From the NCBI GenBank assembly GCA_035250225.1, contig DATFFI010000219.1, positions 256-64,255 on the forward strand: 64,000 nucleotides of DNA, read 5' to 3'. The position numbers were made by a program, and so were the translations under genes. Under the pieces are notes generated by a model. The model was not told the DNA's origin, made no database searches, and worked only from the letters and a program-made list of their open reading frames with translations. Shown here one piece after another: positions 54,827 to 64,000 of the stretch. The stretch comes from Rhizomicrobium sp. (lineage in GTDB: Bacteria > Pseudomonadota > Alphaproteobacteria > Micropepsales > Micropepsaceae). Positions within the stretch are counted from its first letter, which is position 1, and each line of letters begins with the position of its first letter.

Positions 54827-55948
54827 ATGAAAATCAATGTCGAACGGGGTGCGTTTCTCAAGGCGCTGAACCATGTGCAAAGCGTGGTGGAACGGCGCAA
54901 CACCATTCCGATCCTTTCCAATGTGCTGATCGAAGCTGGCAAGGCCGGACTCAAGCTCACCGCCACCGATCTCGACATCGAGATCGTCGAGGCCCTGCCT
55001 GCCGATATCCTGCGCAACGGTTCGGCCACGGCCCCGGCGCACATGCTCTACGACATCGTGCGCAAGCTGCCCGATGGCGCCCAGGTGCAGGTCGAATTGC
55101 TCTCTTCCGAAGGCGGCCGCCTTTCGGTCAGCGCCGGCTCGTCCCGTTTCGAACTGGCCTGCCTGCCGCGCGAGGATTTTCCGCAGATGGCGGCCGGCGC
55201 CCTGCCCCACAAATTCCGCCTGGCCGCCGACGATCTCAAGCGGCTGATCGACAAGACCCGCTTCGCCATCTCCACCGAAGAGACGCGCTATTACCTCAAC
55301 GGCATCTACCTGCACGCCGCCAAGGATTCCAAGCCGCCGGTGATGCGCGCCGTCGCCACCGACGGTCATCGCCTGGCCCGTTACGAACTGGAATTGCCAG
55401 ATGGCTCGGCCGGCATGCCGGGCGTGATCGTGCCGCGCAAGACGGTGGGCGAACTGCGCAAGCTGCTGGACGATGCCGAAGGCGCCATCGATATCTCGCT
55501 CTCGGATACCAAGATCCAGTTCGGCTTCAATGGCGTCGAACTCACGTCCAAGCTGATCGACGGCAATTTCCCGCCCTATGAGCGCGTCATTCCCGCCGGC
55601 AACGACAAGTCCCTGTCGCTGGAAGCCAAGGAATTCGCCCAGTCGGTGGACCGCGTTTCCACCATCAGCGCCGACAAGACCCGCGCCGTGAAGCTGGGCG
55701 TGGCCAAGGACAAGGTCACGCTCTCGGTGGTCAATCCCGAGAGCGGCACCGCCACCGAGGATGTCGGCGCCACCTACAGCGCCGGCGCGCTGGAGATCGG
55801 CTTCAATGCCCGCTACCTGCTGGACATCACCAGCCAGATCGAAGGCAAGGAAGTGCGCTTCCTGCTGTCCGACGCCGGCTCCCCCGCCATCATCGAGGAT
55901 GCGAGCGACACCCGTACGCTTTACGTCCTCATGCCGCTTCGGGTCTGA
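54827..55948 (+). CDS. dnaN: DNA polymerase III subunit beta
   Basis: Start at MKINVERGAFLKALNHVQSVVERRNTIPILSNVLIEA; 373 aa. Confidence 0.95.
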   Translation: MKINVERGAFLKALNHVQSVVERRNTIPILSNVLIEAGKAGLKLTATDLDIEIVEALPADILRNGSATAPAHMLYDIVRKLPDGAQVQVELLSSEGGRLSVSAGSSRFELACLPREDFPQMAAGALPHKFRLAADDLKRLIDKTRFAISTEETRYYLNGIYLHAAKDSKPPVMRAVATDGHRLARYELELPDGSAGMPGVIVPRKTVGELRKLLDDAEGAIDISLSDTKIQFGFNGVELTSKLIDGNFPPYERVIPAGNDKSLSLEAKEFAQSVDRVSTISADKTRAVKLGVAKDKVTLSVVNPESGTATEDVGATYSAGALEIGFNARYLLDITSQIEGKEVRFLLSDAGSPAIIEDASDTRTLYVLMPLRV

Positions 55949-55968
55949 GATTGGCCATCGCGCCAGAC

Positions 55969-57174
55969 ATGCGTCCCGGCCGCGAAGCGTTGGCTTGCGC
56001 CAAGCTTGCTGTGACGCAGCTGCGCCTGACCAATTTCCGCTCCTATGCGACCGGTGCCCTGGCCCTTTCGGGCGCGCCGGTGGTGCTGGCGGGTCCCAAC
56101 GGCGCCGGCAAGACCAACATCCTGGAGGCGATCTCGCTGCTGTCGCCCGGCCGCGGCTTGCGCGGCGCAAAACTGGCCGAACACACCCGCAAGGGCCCTG
56201 TAGTGCCGGATGAGGCCTTATGGGCCGTGGCGGCGACGGTGGCGCGTGGCGGCACCGAGTATGACATCGGCACCGGGCTTATCAGAGGTTCGGCGGGCCT
56301 GGGGCCCAATGGCGGCGAGAAGCGCCCCGGCGGCGGAGGCCGCCAAGACAAAAGAAGCGTGCGGCTCAATGGTGTCGAAGCCAAAGGCTCCGCCGATCTG
56401 GGCGATATCGTGCAGCTGGTCTGGCTGACGCCCGCCATGGACCGGCTCTTCATCGAAAGCGCCGGCGGCCGCCGCCGCTTCCTGGACCGGCTGGTGCTGG
56501 GTTTCGACAGCCTCCATGCCCGCAATGCCACCCGCTATGAGACGGCGATGCGCGAGCGCGCCCGGCTGCTCAAATACGGCCCGCGCGACCCGTCCTGGCT
56601 GGACGGGCTTGAGAATGAAATGGCCGAGTCCGGTTTCGCCATGGCGGTGGCGCGTGCCGCCACGGTGGAAAAGCTGTCGCGGGCGCTGGCCGAACGGCAT
56701 GGCGAATTTCCCGCCGCCGCGCTTTGCCTCAGCGACGAACTGCATCTGGGCAGCATCGAGGACCTGCGGACCGCCCTTGGCGCCAATCGCATGCGCGATG
56801 CCGAGGCCGGGCGCACCGGCCACGGTCCCCACACCACCGATCTTCTGGTGCGTCATACCGCCAAGCGCGCCGATGCGCGCGACTGTTCCACCGGCGAGCA
56901 GAAGGCCTTGCTGATTTCGATCATGCTGGCCGATGCGCGCGAGCTGAGCCGCGCCCGCGAAGGCCTGGCGCCGCTGCTGCTGCTGGACGAGATCGCCGCC
57001 CATCTGGATGCGCGCCGCCGCGCTGCCTTGTTCGAGGAAATCCACGCCCTTTGCGCCCAGGCCTGGATGACCGGCACCGATTTGTCTCTCTTCGATGGGC
57101 TGAATCAGGCAAACAGCCGCGGCCGTGCGGAGATTTTCCTGGTCGAAAACGGCCAGTTCATGCGTCAGGAGTAA
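55969..57174 (+). CDS. recF: DNA replication and repair protein RecF
   Basis: LRLTNFRSY, Walker A GPNGAGKTNILEAI, signature STGEQKALLISI, Walker B LLLLDEIAAHLD. TTG at 55951 is an alternative start. Confidence 0.92.
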   Translation: MRPGREALACAKLAVTQLRLTNFRSYATGALALSGAPVVLAGPNGAGKTNILEAISLLSPGRGLRGAKLAEHTRKGPVVPDEALWAVAATVARGGTEYDIGTGLIRGSAGLGPNGGEKRPGGGGRQDKRSVRLNGVEAKGSADLGDIVQLVWLTPAMDRLFIESAGGRRRFLDRLVLGFDSLHARNATRYETAMRERARLLKYGPRDPSWLDGLENEMAESGFAMAVARAATVEKLSRALAERHGEFPAAALCLSDELHLGSIEDLRTALGANRMRDAEAGRTGHGPHTTDLLVRHTAKRADARDCSTGEQKALLISIMLADARELSRAREGLAPLLLLDEIAAHLDARRRAALFEEIHALCAQAWMTGTDLSLFDGLNQANSRGRAEIFLVENGQFMRQE

Positions 57175-59598
<2,424 letters not shown>

Positions 59599-59628
59599 GA
59601 GCGTAGATTGCTCGCATATACCCCCAAT

Positions 59629-59714
59629 GTCATGGCCCGGCGTGCCCGGGCCATCCGGGGCAATGGGGCTCGGTGCTTGCGGCCCTGGATGGCCCACGTA
59701 AAGTGGGCCATGAC
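59629..59714. repeat. MITE/REP-like double-hairpin element (same architecture as 19088-19207)
   Basis: Ends are GTCATGGCC ... GGCCATGAC. The left hairpin is ATGGCCCGG-CGTG-CCCGGGCCAT and the right hairpin is ATGGCCCAC-GTAAA-GTGGGCCAT. Confidence 0.55.
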
Positions 59715-59738
59715 AATTCTTGTTTGGGGCAACATCTG

Positions 59739-60359
59739 ATGCTCAAAGGCCTGCGCTTCCAGAAGCGGCTGAAGCTGCTGCCGGGCCTGAAGATCAATCT
59801 GTCCAAGAGCGGCGCCTCAGCCACGGTCGGCACCAAGGGCGCCGGCGTCAATATCGGCCGGGACGGCATCACCACCAATGCCGGCATCCCCGGCACCGGC
59901 CTGTCCTACCGCCAGAAACTGAGTTCGAAGAACAAGAGCGCCTGGATCGGCGTGGTGGCGCTGCTGGCCGGGCTGGCCTTTGCTGCCTGGAAGAATGCCG
60001 ACAAGATCGGTGCTTGGCTGGCACCGACCGAACAACCCACCATCGTTGCGGCCGCGCCGCCGCCAGCTCCACCGCCGCCTGCGCCGACCGCCGAGGAAAT
60101 CGCCCACCCAAAAGCCGCGCCACCGACCATCGCCGCGCAACGAGCGCAGCTGCTCAAGCCCGGCGGCGTCATCTATGTCCGGCGCGCCGGCTCGGTGCTT
60201 CGGGAGGAACAGAAGACTTCAGGCAAGGCGCTGCAGAAGCTGGCCAAGGGCGCGGCCGTAACCGTGGTCGCGCTGGATGGCGCATGGACCCAGGTGAAGG
60301 CCGGCGACGCGACAGGATGGATGCGGACATCCGTCCTCGGACCCGATCCCGCCGAATAA
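59739..60359 (+). CDS. DUF4236-like / TM / Pro-rich linker / SH3b-like domain protein
   Basis: Start at MLKGLRFQKRLKLLPGLKINLSKSGASATVGTKGAGVNIG (DUF4236-type pattern). TM helix AWIGVVALLAGLAFAAW, linker AAAPPPAPPPPAP, and a C-terminal SH3_3-like stretch VTVVALDGAWTQVKAGDATGWM. Confidence 0.65.
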   Translation: MLKGLRFQKRLKLLPGLKINLSKSGASATVGTKGAGVNIGRDGITTNAGIPGTGLSYRQKLSSKNKSAWIGVVALLAGLAFAAWKNADKIGAWLAPTEQPTIVAAAPPPAPPPPAPTAEEIAHPKAAPPTIAAQRAQLLKPGGVIYVRRAGSVLREEQKTSGKALQKLAKGAAVTVVALDGAWTQVKAGDATGWMRTSVLGPDPAE

Positions 60360-61055
60360 TCAGTCCTGTGCCAGCCGCGCCGCCACAATTTTTTGCACGT
60401 CCGGCGTCGAGCCCATGATGCTGTGGCCGGTGCGCACTTCGATCACCTCGCCGTCGCCCGGTTCCGGCAGGCAGCATTGCCAATCCACAATGCCATCGAT
60501 CGGGCTGACGATGGCAGTCAGCGGCACCGGCAGCTTTTCCAGGATGCGGGAGAGCGAAGCGCGGCCATCCGCGTCCCAGAGTAGCGACGCCGCCTGCGCC
60601 AGCGGCGCCAGTGGCGACACCACCGGCAGCCGGACCGGGCTGCCCAAGGTGATCACCCGTGACACCTGCGCTGGGCGGCGGCGGGCGATTTCCCGCGCGA
60701 TGGTGCCGCCCAGGCTGACGCCCACTAGCGCCACCTTGCCATGACGGACCGCCATGTCGGCCACCTCGCGTTCCACCCGCATCAGGACATTCGCGGCGGG
60801 GCCGAGGTTGGCGCCGCAGGGCCAAGGCCGTGGCGCAAAGCCCTGCGCCGACAGGAAGGCACGCAGTCGCGCGGTGGTGAAATCCTTGGCGCCGAAGCCC
60901 GGCAACACGATGACAGGTTGGCCCTTTCCGCGCACTGCATCCGCGGGGAAAGGCGGCGGCGATACTGTCACCCGCGCCACCGCCGCCATCTCCCGCGCCA
61001 GGCTGGCGGCCGAAACGGGCGCGCCACGCGGCGGAAAGACTGCGAAATCATTCAT
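60360..61055 (-). CDS. alpha/beta hydrolase (Ser-Asp-His triad)
   Basis: Start at MNDFAVFPP, overlapping the COQ7 stop (ATGA). VIVLPGFG, nucleophile elbow GVSLGG, then SPIDGIVD and GHSIMG. Confidence 0.75.
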   Translation of the reverse strand: MNDFAVFPPRGAPVSAASLAREMAAVARVTVSPPPFPADAVRGKGQPVIVLPGFGAKDFTTARLRAFLSAQGFAPRPWPCGANLGPAANVLMRVEREVADMAVRHGKVALVGVSLGGTIAREIARRRPAQVSRVITLGSPVRLPVVSPLAPLAQAASLLWDADGRASLSRILEKLPVPLTAIVSPIDGIVDWQCCLPEPGDGEVIEVRTGHSIMGSTPDVQKIVAARLAQD

Positions 61056-61618
61056 GATGAAGCTTTTCGGAGAACAGCTTTCAACCGGAAAGAATCTCCA
61101 CGAGTCGAGATGAGGATCATAAGCTCCGTGGTCAGGCTGACCATCCAAGAAAATAATCGGGCGAAACAGCCATTGTCATTGTGGTTCGCCTCGGCGAAAG
61201 CCAGGTGCTCTTTTTCCTCCGACAAGATGGAGCAGACTATGTCTGCCAGTTCCCCATCGTGTCGTCGCAGAAAAGCGATTTGCTCAACCAGGTGGCGATG
61301 CACGGTACGTTCGACCGCTGCGGTGCAAACCATTATTCCCAGCGTTCCAAAAAGGGCACTGACCCGGCCCAGCCATCGTCCGCCTACCGACCAAACCGCC
61401 AGGGCGCGGCATGGCTTGGCCGCCCGGGAAGGCATCGCAGCGCGGAAGGCATCACGGTGCCGCTGTTCATGACCAAGCGTCTCCTGTAGCCAGGCCAACA
61501 AGTCATTCTTGCCAGCGGGAGCACGCGCGATCTGGGCACTATAGATCGCGACAGCGCCATGCTCACCGGCATGATCGACCCTGAGTATGCGGCGTATCAC
61601 CTGATCCGTTTCGATCAC
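61052..61618 (-). CDS. coq7: demethoxyubiquinone hydroxylase family protein (COQ7-like di-iron)
   Basis: 188 aa: RVDHAGEHGAVAIY, GHEQRHRDAF, AAVERTVHRHL, SEEKEHLAF. This is the E...ExxH repeat pattern of di-iron carboxylate COQ7. Confidence 0.82.
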   Translation of the reverse strand: MIETDQVIRRILRVDHAGEHGAVAIYSAQIARAPAGKNDLLAWLQETLGHEQRHRDAFRAAMPSRAAKPCRALAVWSVGGRWLGRVSALFGTLGIMVCTAAVERTVHRHLVEQIAFLRRHDGELADIVCSILSEEKEHLAFAEANHNDNGCFARLFSWMVSLTTELMILISTRGDSFRLKAVLRKASS

Positions 61619-61635
61619 GCAATGCGCCCCATCCG

Positions 61636-62865
61636 CTACTTCACCTTGCGCTTGCGCATCGCCAGCGTCCGCAGGCGCAGGGCGTTGAGCTTGATGAAGC
61701 CCTGGGCGTCCTTCTGGTCATAGGCGCCCTGGTCGTCCTCGAACGTCACCAGCTTTTCGCTATAGAGCGAGTAAGGCGAGGAGCGGCCCACCACGGCGAC
61801 ATTGCCCTTGTAGAGCTTCAGCCGCACCGTGCCGGCGACATATTCCTGGCTCTTGTCGATCAAAGCCTGCAGCATCTCGCGCTCGGGGCTGAACCAGAAG
61901 CCATTATAGATCAGCGCCGCATAGCGGGGCATGATGTCGTCCTTCAGATGCGCCGCGCCGCGGTCCAGGGTGATGCTTTCGATGCCGCGGTGCGCCGCCA
62001 GCAGGATGGTGCCGCCGGGCGTCTCATAGACGCCGCGCGACTTCATGCCGACAAAACGGTTCTCCACCAGATCGAGACGGCCGATGCCGTTGGCCTTGCC
62101 CAGCGCGTTGAGCTTCGTCAGCAGGCCGGCGGGCGAGAGCTTCTCGCCGTCGATGCTGACGGCGTCACCCTTCTCGAAGCCGATCTCGACATAGGTCGCT
62201 TTGTCGGGGGCCTCCTCCGGCGCGATGGTGCGCATATAGACGATGCTTTCGGCTTCCTGGGACGGGTCTTCCAGCACCTTTCCTTCCGAGGACGAGTGCA
62301 GAAGATTGGCGTCGACCGAGAACGGCGCCTCGCCGCGTTTGTCCTTGGCGATCGGGATCTGGTGCTGTTCGGCGAATTCCAGCAGCCTGGTGCGGCTGGT
62401 GAGGTCCCATTCGCGCCAGGGCGCGATCACCTTGATGTCGGGCTTCAAGGCATAATAGCCCAGCTCGAAACGCACCTGGTCATTGCCCTTGCCGGTGGCG
62501 CCGTGACAGACGGCGTCGGCGCCGACCTTCTCGGCGATCTCGATCTGCTTCTTGGCGATCAGCGGCCGGGCGATGGAGGTACCCAGCAGATAGACGCCCT
62601 CATAGACCGCATTGGCGCGGAACATGGGGAAGACATAGTCGCGGACGAATTCCTCGCGCACATCCTCGATGAAGATGTTGGACGGCTTGATGCCCAGATT
62701 TTCGGCCTTCTTGCGGGCAGGTTCGATCTCTTCGCCCTGCCCCAGATCGGCGGTGAAGGTCACGACTTCGGCGCCATATTCGGTCTGCAGCCATTTGAGG
62801 ATGACCGAGGTGTCCAGGCCGCCCGAATAGGCCAGAACCACTTTCTTGATGTCGCGCTTGCTCAT
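61636..62865 (-). CDS. argG: argininosuccinate synthase
   Basis: Start at [21 protein letters not shown] (ATP-binding motif). [15 protein letters not shown] and [10 protein letters not shown]. Confidence 0.95.
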   Translation of the reverse strand: MSKRDIKKVVLAYSGGLDTSVILKWLQTEYGAEVVTFTADLGQGEEIEPARKKAENLGIKPSNIFIEDVREEFVRDYVFPMFRANAVYEGVYLLGTSIARPLIAKKQIEIAEKVGADAVCHGATGKGNDQVRFELGYYALKPDIKVIAPWREWDLTSRTRLLEFAEQHQIPIAKDKRGEAPFSVDANLLHSSSEGKVLEDPSQEAESIVYMRTIAPEEAPDKATYVEIGFEKGDAVSIDGEKLSPAGLLTKLNALGKANGIGRLDLVENRFVGMKSRGVYETPGGTILLAAHRGIESITLDRGAAHLKDDIMPRYAALIYNGFWFSPEREMLQALIDKSQEYVAGTVRLKLYKGNVAVVGRSSPYSLYSEKLVTFEDDQGAYDQKDAQGFIKLNALRLRTLAMRKRKVK

Positions 62866-62933
62866 ACCTGATCTCTGAAGAGAGCCCCGGAAAGTGGCCG
62901 GACTATAGGGATTTAGCGCGGGAAATCCAGCAC

Positions 62934-63410
62934 TTAGCCCAGCCGGGCGAAGGCCGCCGCATAAGCCACAGGCCCTTGATTGGACGGGAGTTTTCCCGCC
63001 AGCGGCGTCACCATGAAGTGCGGACCGGCATAGGGGTTGGCGAAGCAAGCGGCCAGCCCGGCATCGAAGCCGAAGCGGCCGTAATAGGCCGGATCGCCCA
63101 GCACGAAGACCGCATCCCAGTCCGCGGCAGCGCGGGCGAGACCGTCTTCGATCAACCGCGCCGCAATCCCCCGGCGGCGATAGTGCGGCAGCACCGCGAC
63201 CGGCGCCAGGCCAAGGGCGCGGAACGGCGCGGTCATGCGCGAGAACAGGACATGGCCGGCAATCTCACTATCCTCTTCCGCCACCAGCGAAAGCACGGCA
63301 TCGCCGTCGGCGCGCAACCCATCGACCAGGTCGGCTTCCGTTGCGGTGGGAAAGGATTGCAAATGCACGCGTCTGATGCCGGCATAGTCGGCGGGCGTTT
63401 CCAGCCGCAT
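62934..63410 (-). CDS. GNAT family N-acetyltransferase (YhbS-like)
   Basis: Start at [41 protein letters not shown] is the acetyl-CoA-binding motif. Confidence 0.8.
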   Translation of the reverse strand: MRLETPADYAGIRRVHLQSFPTATEADLVDGLRADGDAVLSLVAEEDSEIAGHVLFSRMTAPFRALGLAPVAVLPHYRRRGIAARLIEDGLARAAADWDAVFVLGDPAYYGRFGFDAGLAACFANPYAGPHFMVTPLAGKLPSNQGPVAYAAAFARLG

Positions 63411-63424
63411 CAGAGTGAGGAGCG

Positions 63425-63475
63425 GTTCGCCGGAGCATCGGCGACGGCGAACACAACGGTCCAGTGGACCGTTGT
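63425..63475. repeat. two adjacent GC-rich hairpins within a 166-bp structured spacer
   Basis: GTTCGCCG-N12-CGGCGAAC (63425-63452) is immediately followed by ACAACGGTCC-AGT-GGACCGTTGT (63453-63475). More stems follow (GGCTAG...CTAGCC, GTGAGCG...CGCTC). Confidence 0.6.
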
Positions 63476-63576
63476 GAGCGACGCGCCTTCGGCTAGGGCA
63501 AGCTTTTCTAGCCTCACTACGCTCGGACAAGAAAAGCTAAGCCAACGCCGCGAGCCAAAGCGAGCGGCACGTCTGT

Positions 63577-63780
63577 TCATAGCTTGCCCACGATCCAAAA
63601 AACCAACGAAACCACGACGCTGACAATAATGCAGGTCACAATGGGAAAATAGAATCCGCCGCTTTCGCCCTGGATGGCGATGTCGCCCGGCAGACGTCCC
63701 AGGCCCAGCCGCGTGAGCCACGGCCAGGCCAGACCGGCGATCACAAGACAGATGCCGCCGACTAGGAGCAATTTCTGCAT
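63577..63780 (-). CDS. DUF2905-like small membrane protein
   Basis: Start at [64 protein letters not shown]; 67 aa. The ATG overlaps the rlmN stop (TGATG). Confidence 0.7.
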   Translation of the reverse strand: MQKLLLVGGICLVIAGLAWPWLTRLGLGRLPGDIAIQGESGGFYFPIVTCIIVSVVVSLVFWIVGKL

Positions 63781-64000
63781 CAGTGCGGCATGCGCTGAAG
63801 TTGCGCCGACTGCTCCCGCGCCATGCGTTCCGAAGCCCGCTCTTTCACGCTCTCGCTCTTGAGCTGGCCGCAGGCCGCCATGATGTCCCGGCCGCGCGGC
63901 GTGCGCACCGGCGAGGCATAGCCGGCCTTGTTGACCACCTCGGCGAATTTCTCGATCTGGCTCCAGTCCGAGCATTCATACGGCGCGCCCGGCCAGGGAT
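63780..64000 (-). CDS. rlmN: 23S rRNA/tRNA (adenine-C2)-methyltransferase RlmN, C-terminal fragment
   Basis: Manual minus-strand translation gives [54 protein letters not shown]...MPH-stop, a typical radical-SAM RlmN C-terminus. It is truncated by the window edge. Confidence 0.8.
   Translation of the reverse strand, partial: PWPGAPYECSDWSQIEKFAEVVNKAGYASPVRTPRGRDIMAACGQLKSESVKERASERMAREQSAQLQRMPH

Overview
This is a visibly GC-rich chromosomal segment with strong GC3 bias. Its gene content and local gene orders look alphaproteobacterial. That is an inference from these arrays: pdxJ-acpS-lepB-rnc-era-recO, rpoZ-spoT, gatCAB, pyrB-pyrC'-plsY-dprA-topA-rnr, coaBC-dut, ubiE-ubiB and rpsT ... dnaA ... 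dnaN-recF-gyrB. I can support about 70 protein genes. Nearly all are housekeeping genes, tightly packed, with many 1-4 nt start/stop overlaps. I found no rRNA, tRNA, CRISPR array, transposase, integrase or prophage genes. The many 500-830 aa ORFs antisense to real genes are GC-bias shadow ORFs. I did not find a clear multi-gene accessory or defence system, so the signals worth following up are mostly non-coding or micro-coding. (1) The divergent region between a glycerophosphodiesterase gene and a MATE efflux gene holds a 19-unit pentanucleotide microsatellite. It is followed by a Shine-Dalgarno-preceded 19-codon uORF and a strong intrinsic terminator 12 nt before the MATE start, which looks like a leader-peptide attenuator. 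(2) A 25-codon poly-Lys/Ala micro-ORF with a strong SD and its own hairpin lies next to the most AT-rich, palindrome-dense spacer in the window. (3) A 99-bp near-perfect hairpin lies between rpoZ and spoT. (4) A four-gene insert (ABC-2 exporter, small XRE regulator, membrane protein) splits dnaA from dnaN-recF-gyrB, and the ABC ATPase has no canonical start codon. (5) An AT-rich, palindrome-dense spacer lies between rpsT and dnaA, while the coding-strand polarity switch is elsewhere, so oriC is unresolved. (6) A C6-run / G-quadruplex-capable tract without an SD abuts the pyrB start. (7) Two related MITE-like double-hairpin elements and several structured GC-rich spacers are present. All product calls rest on motif recognition in the supplied translations. 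No database search was run.
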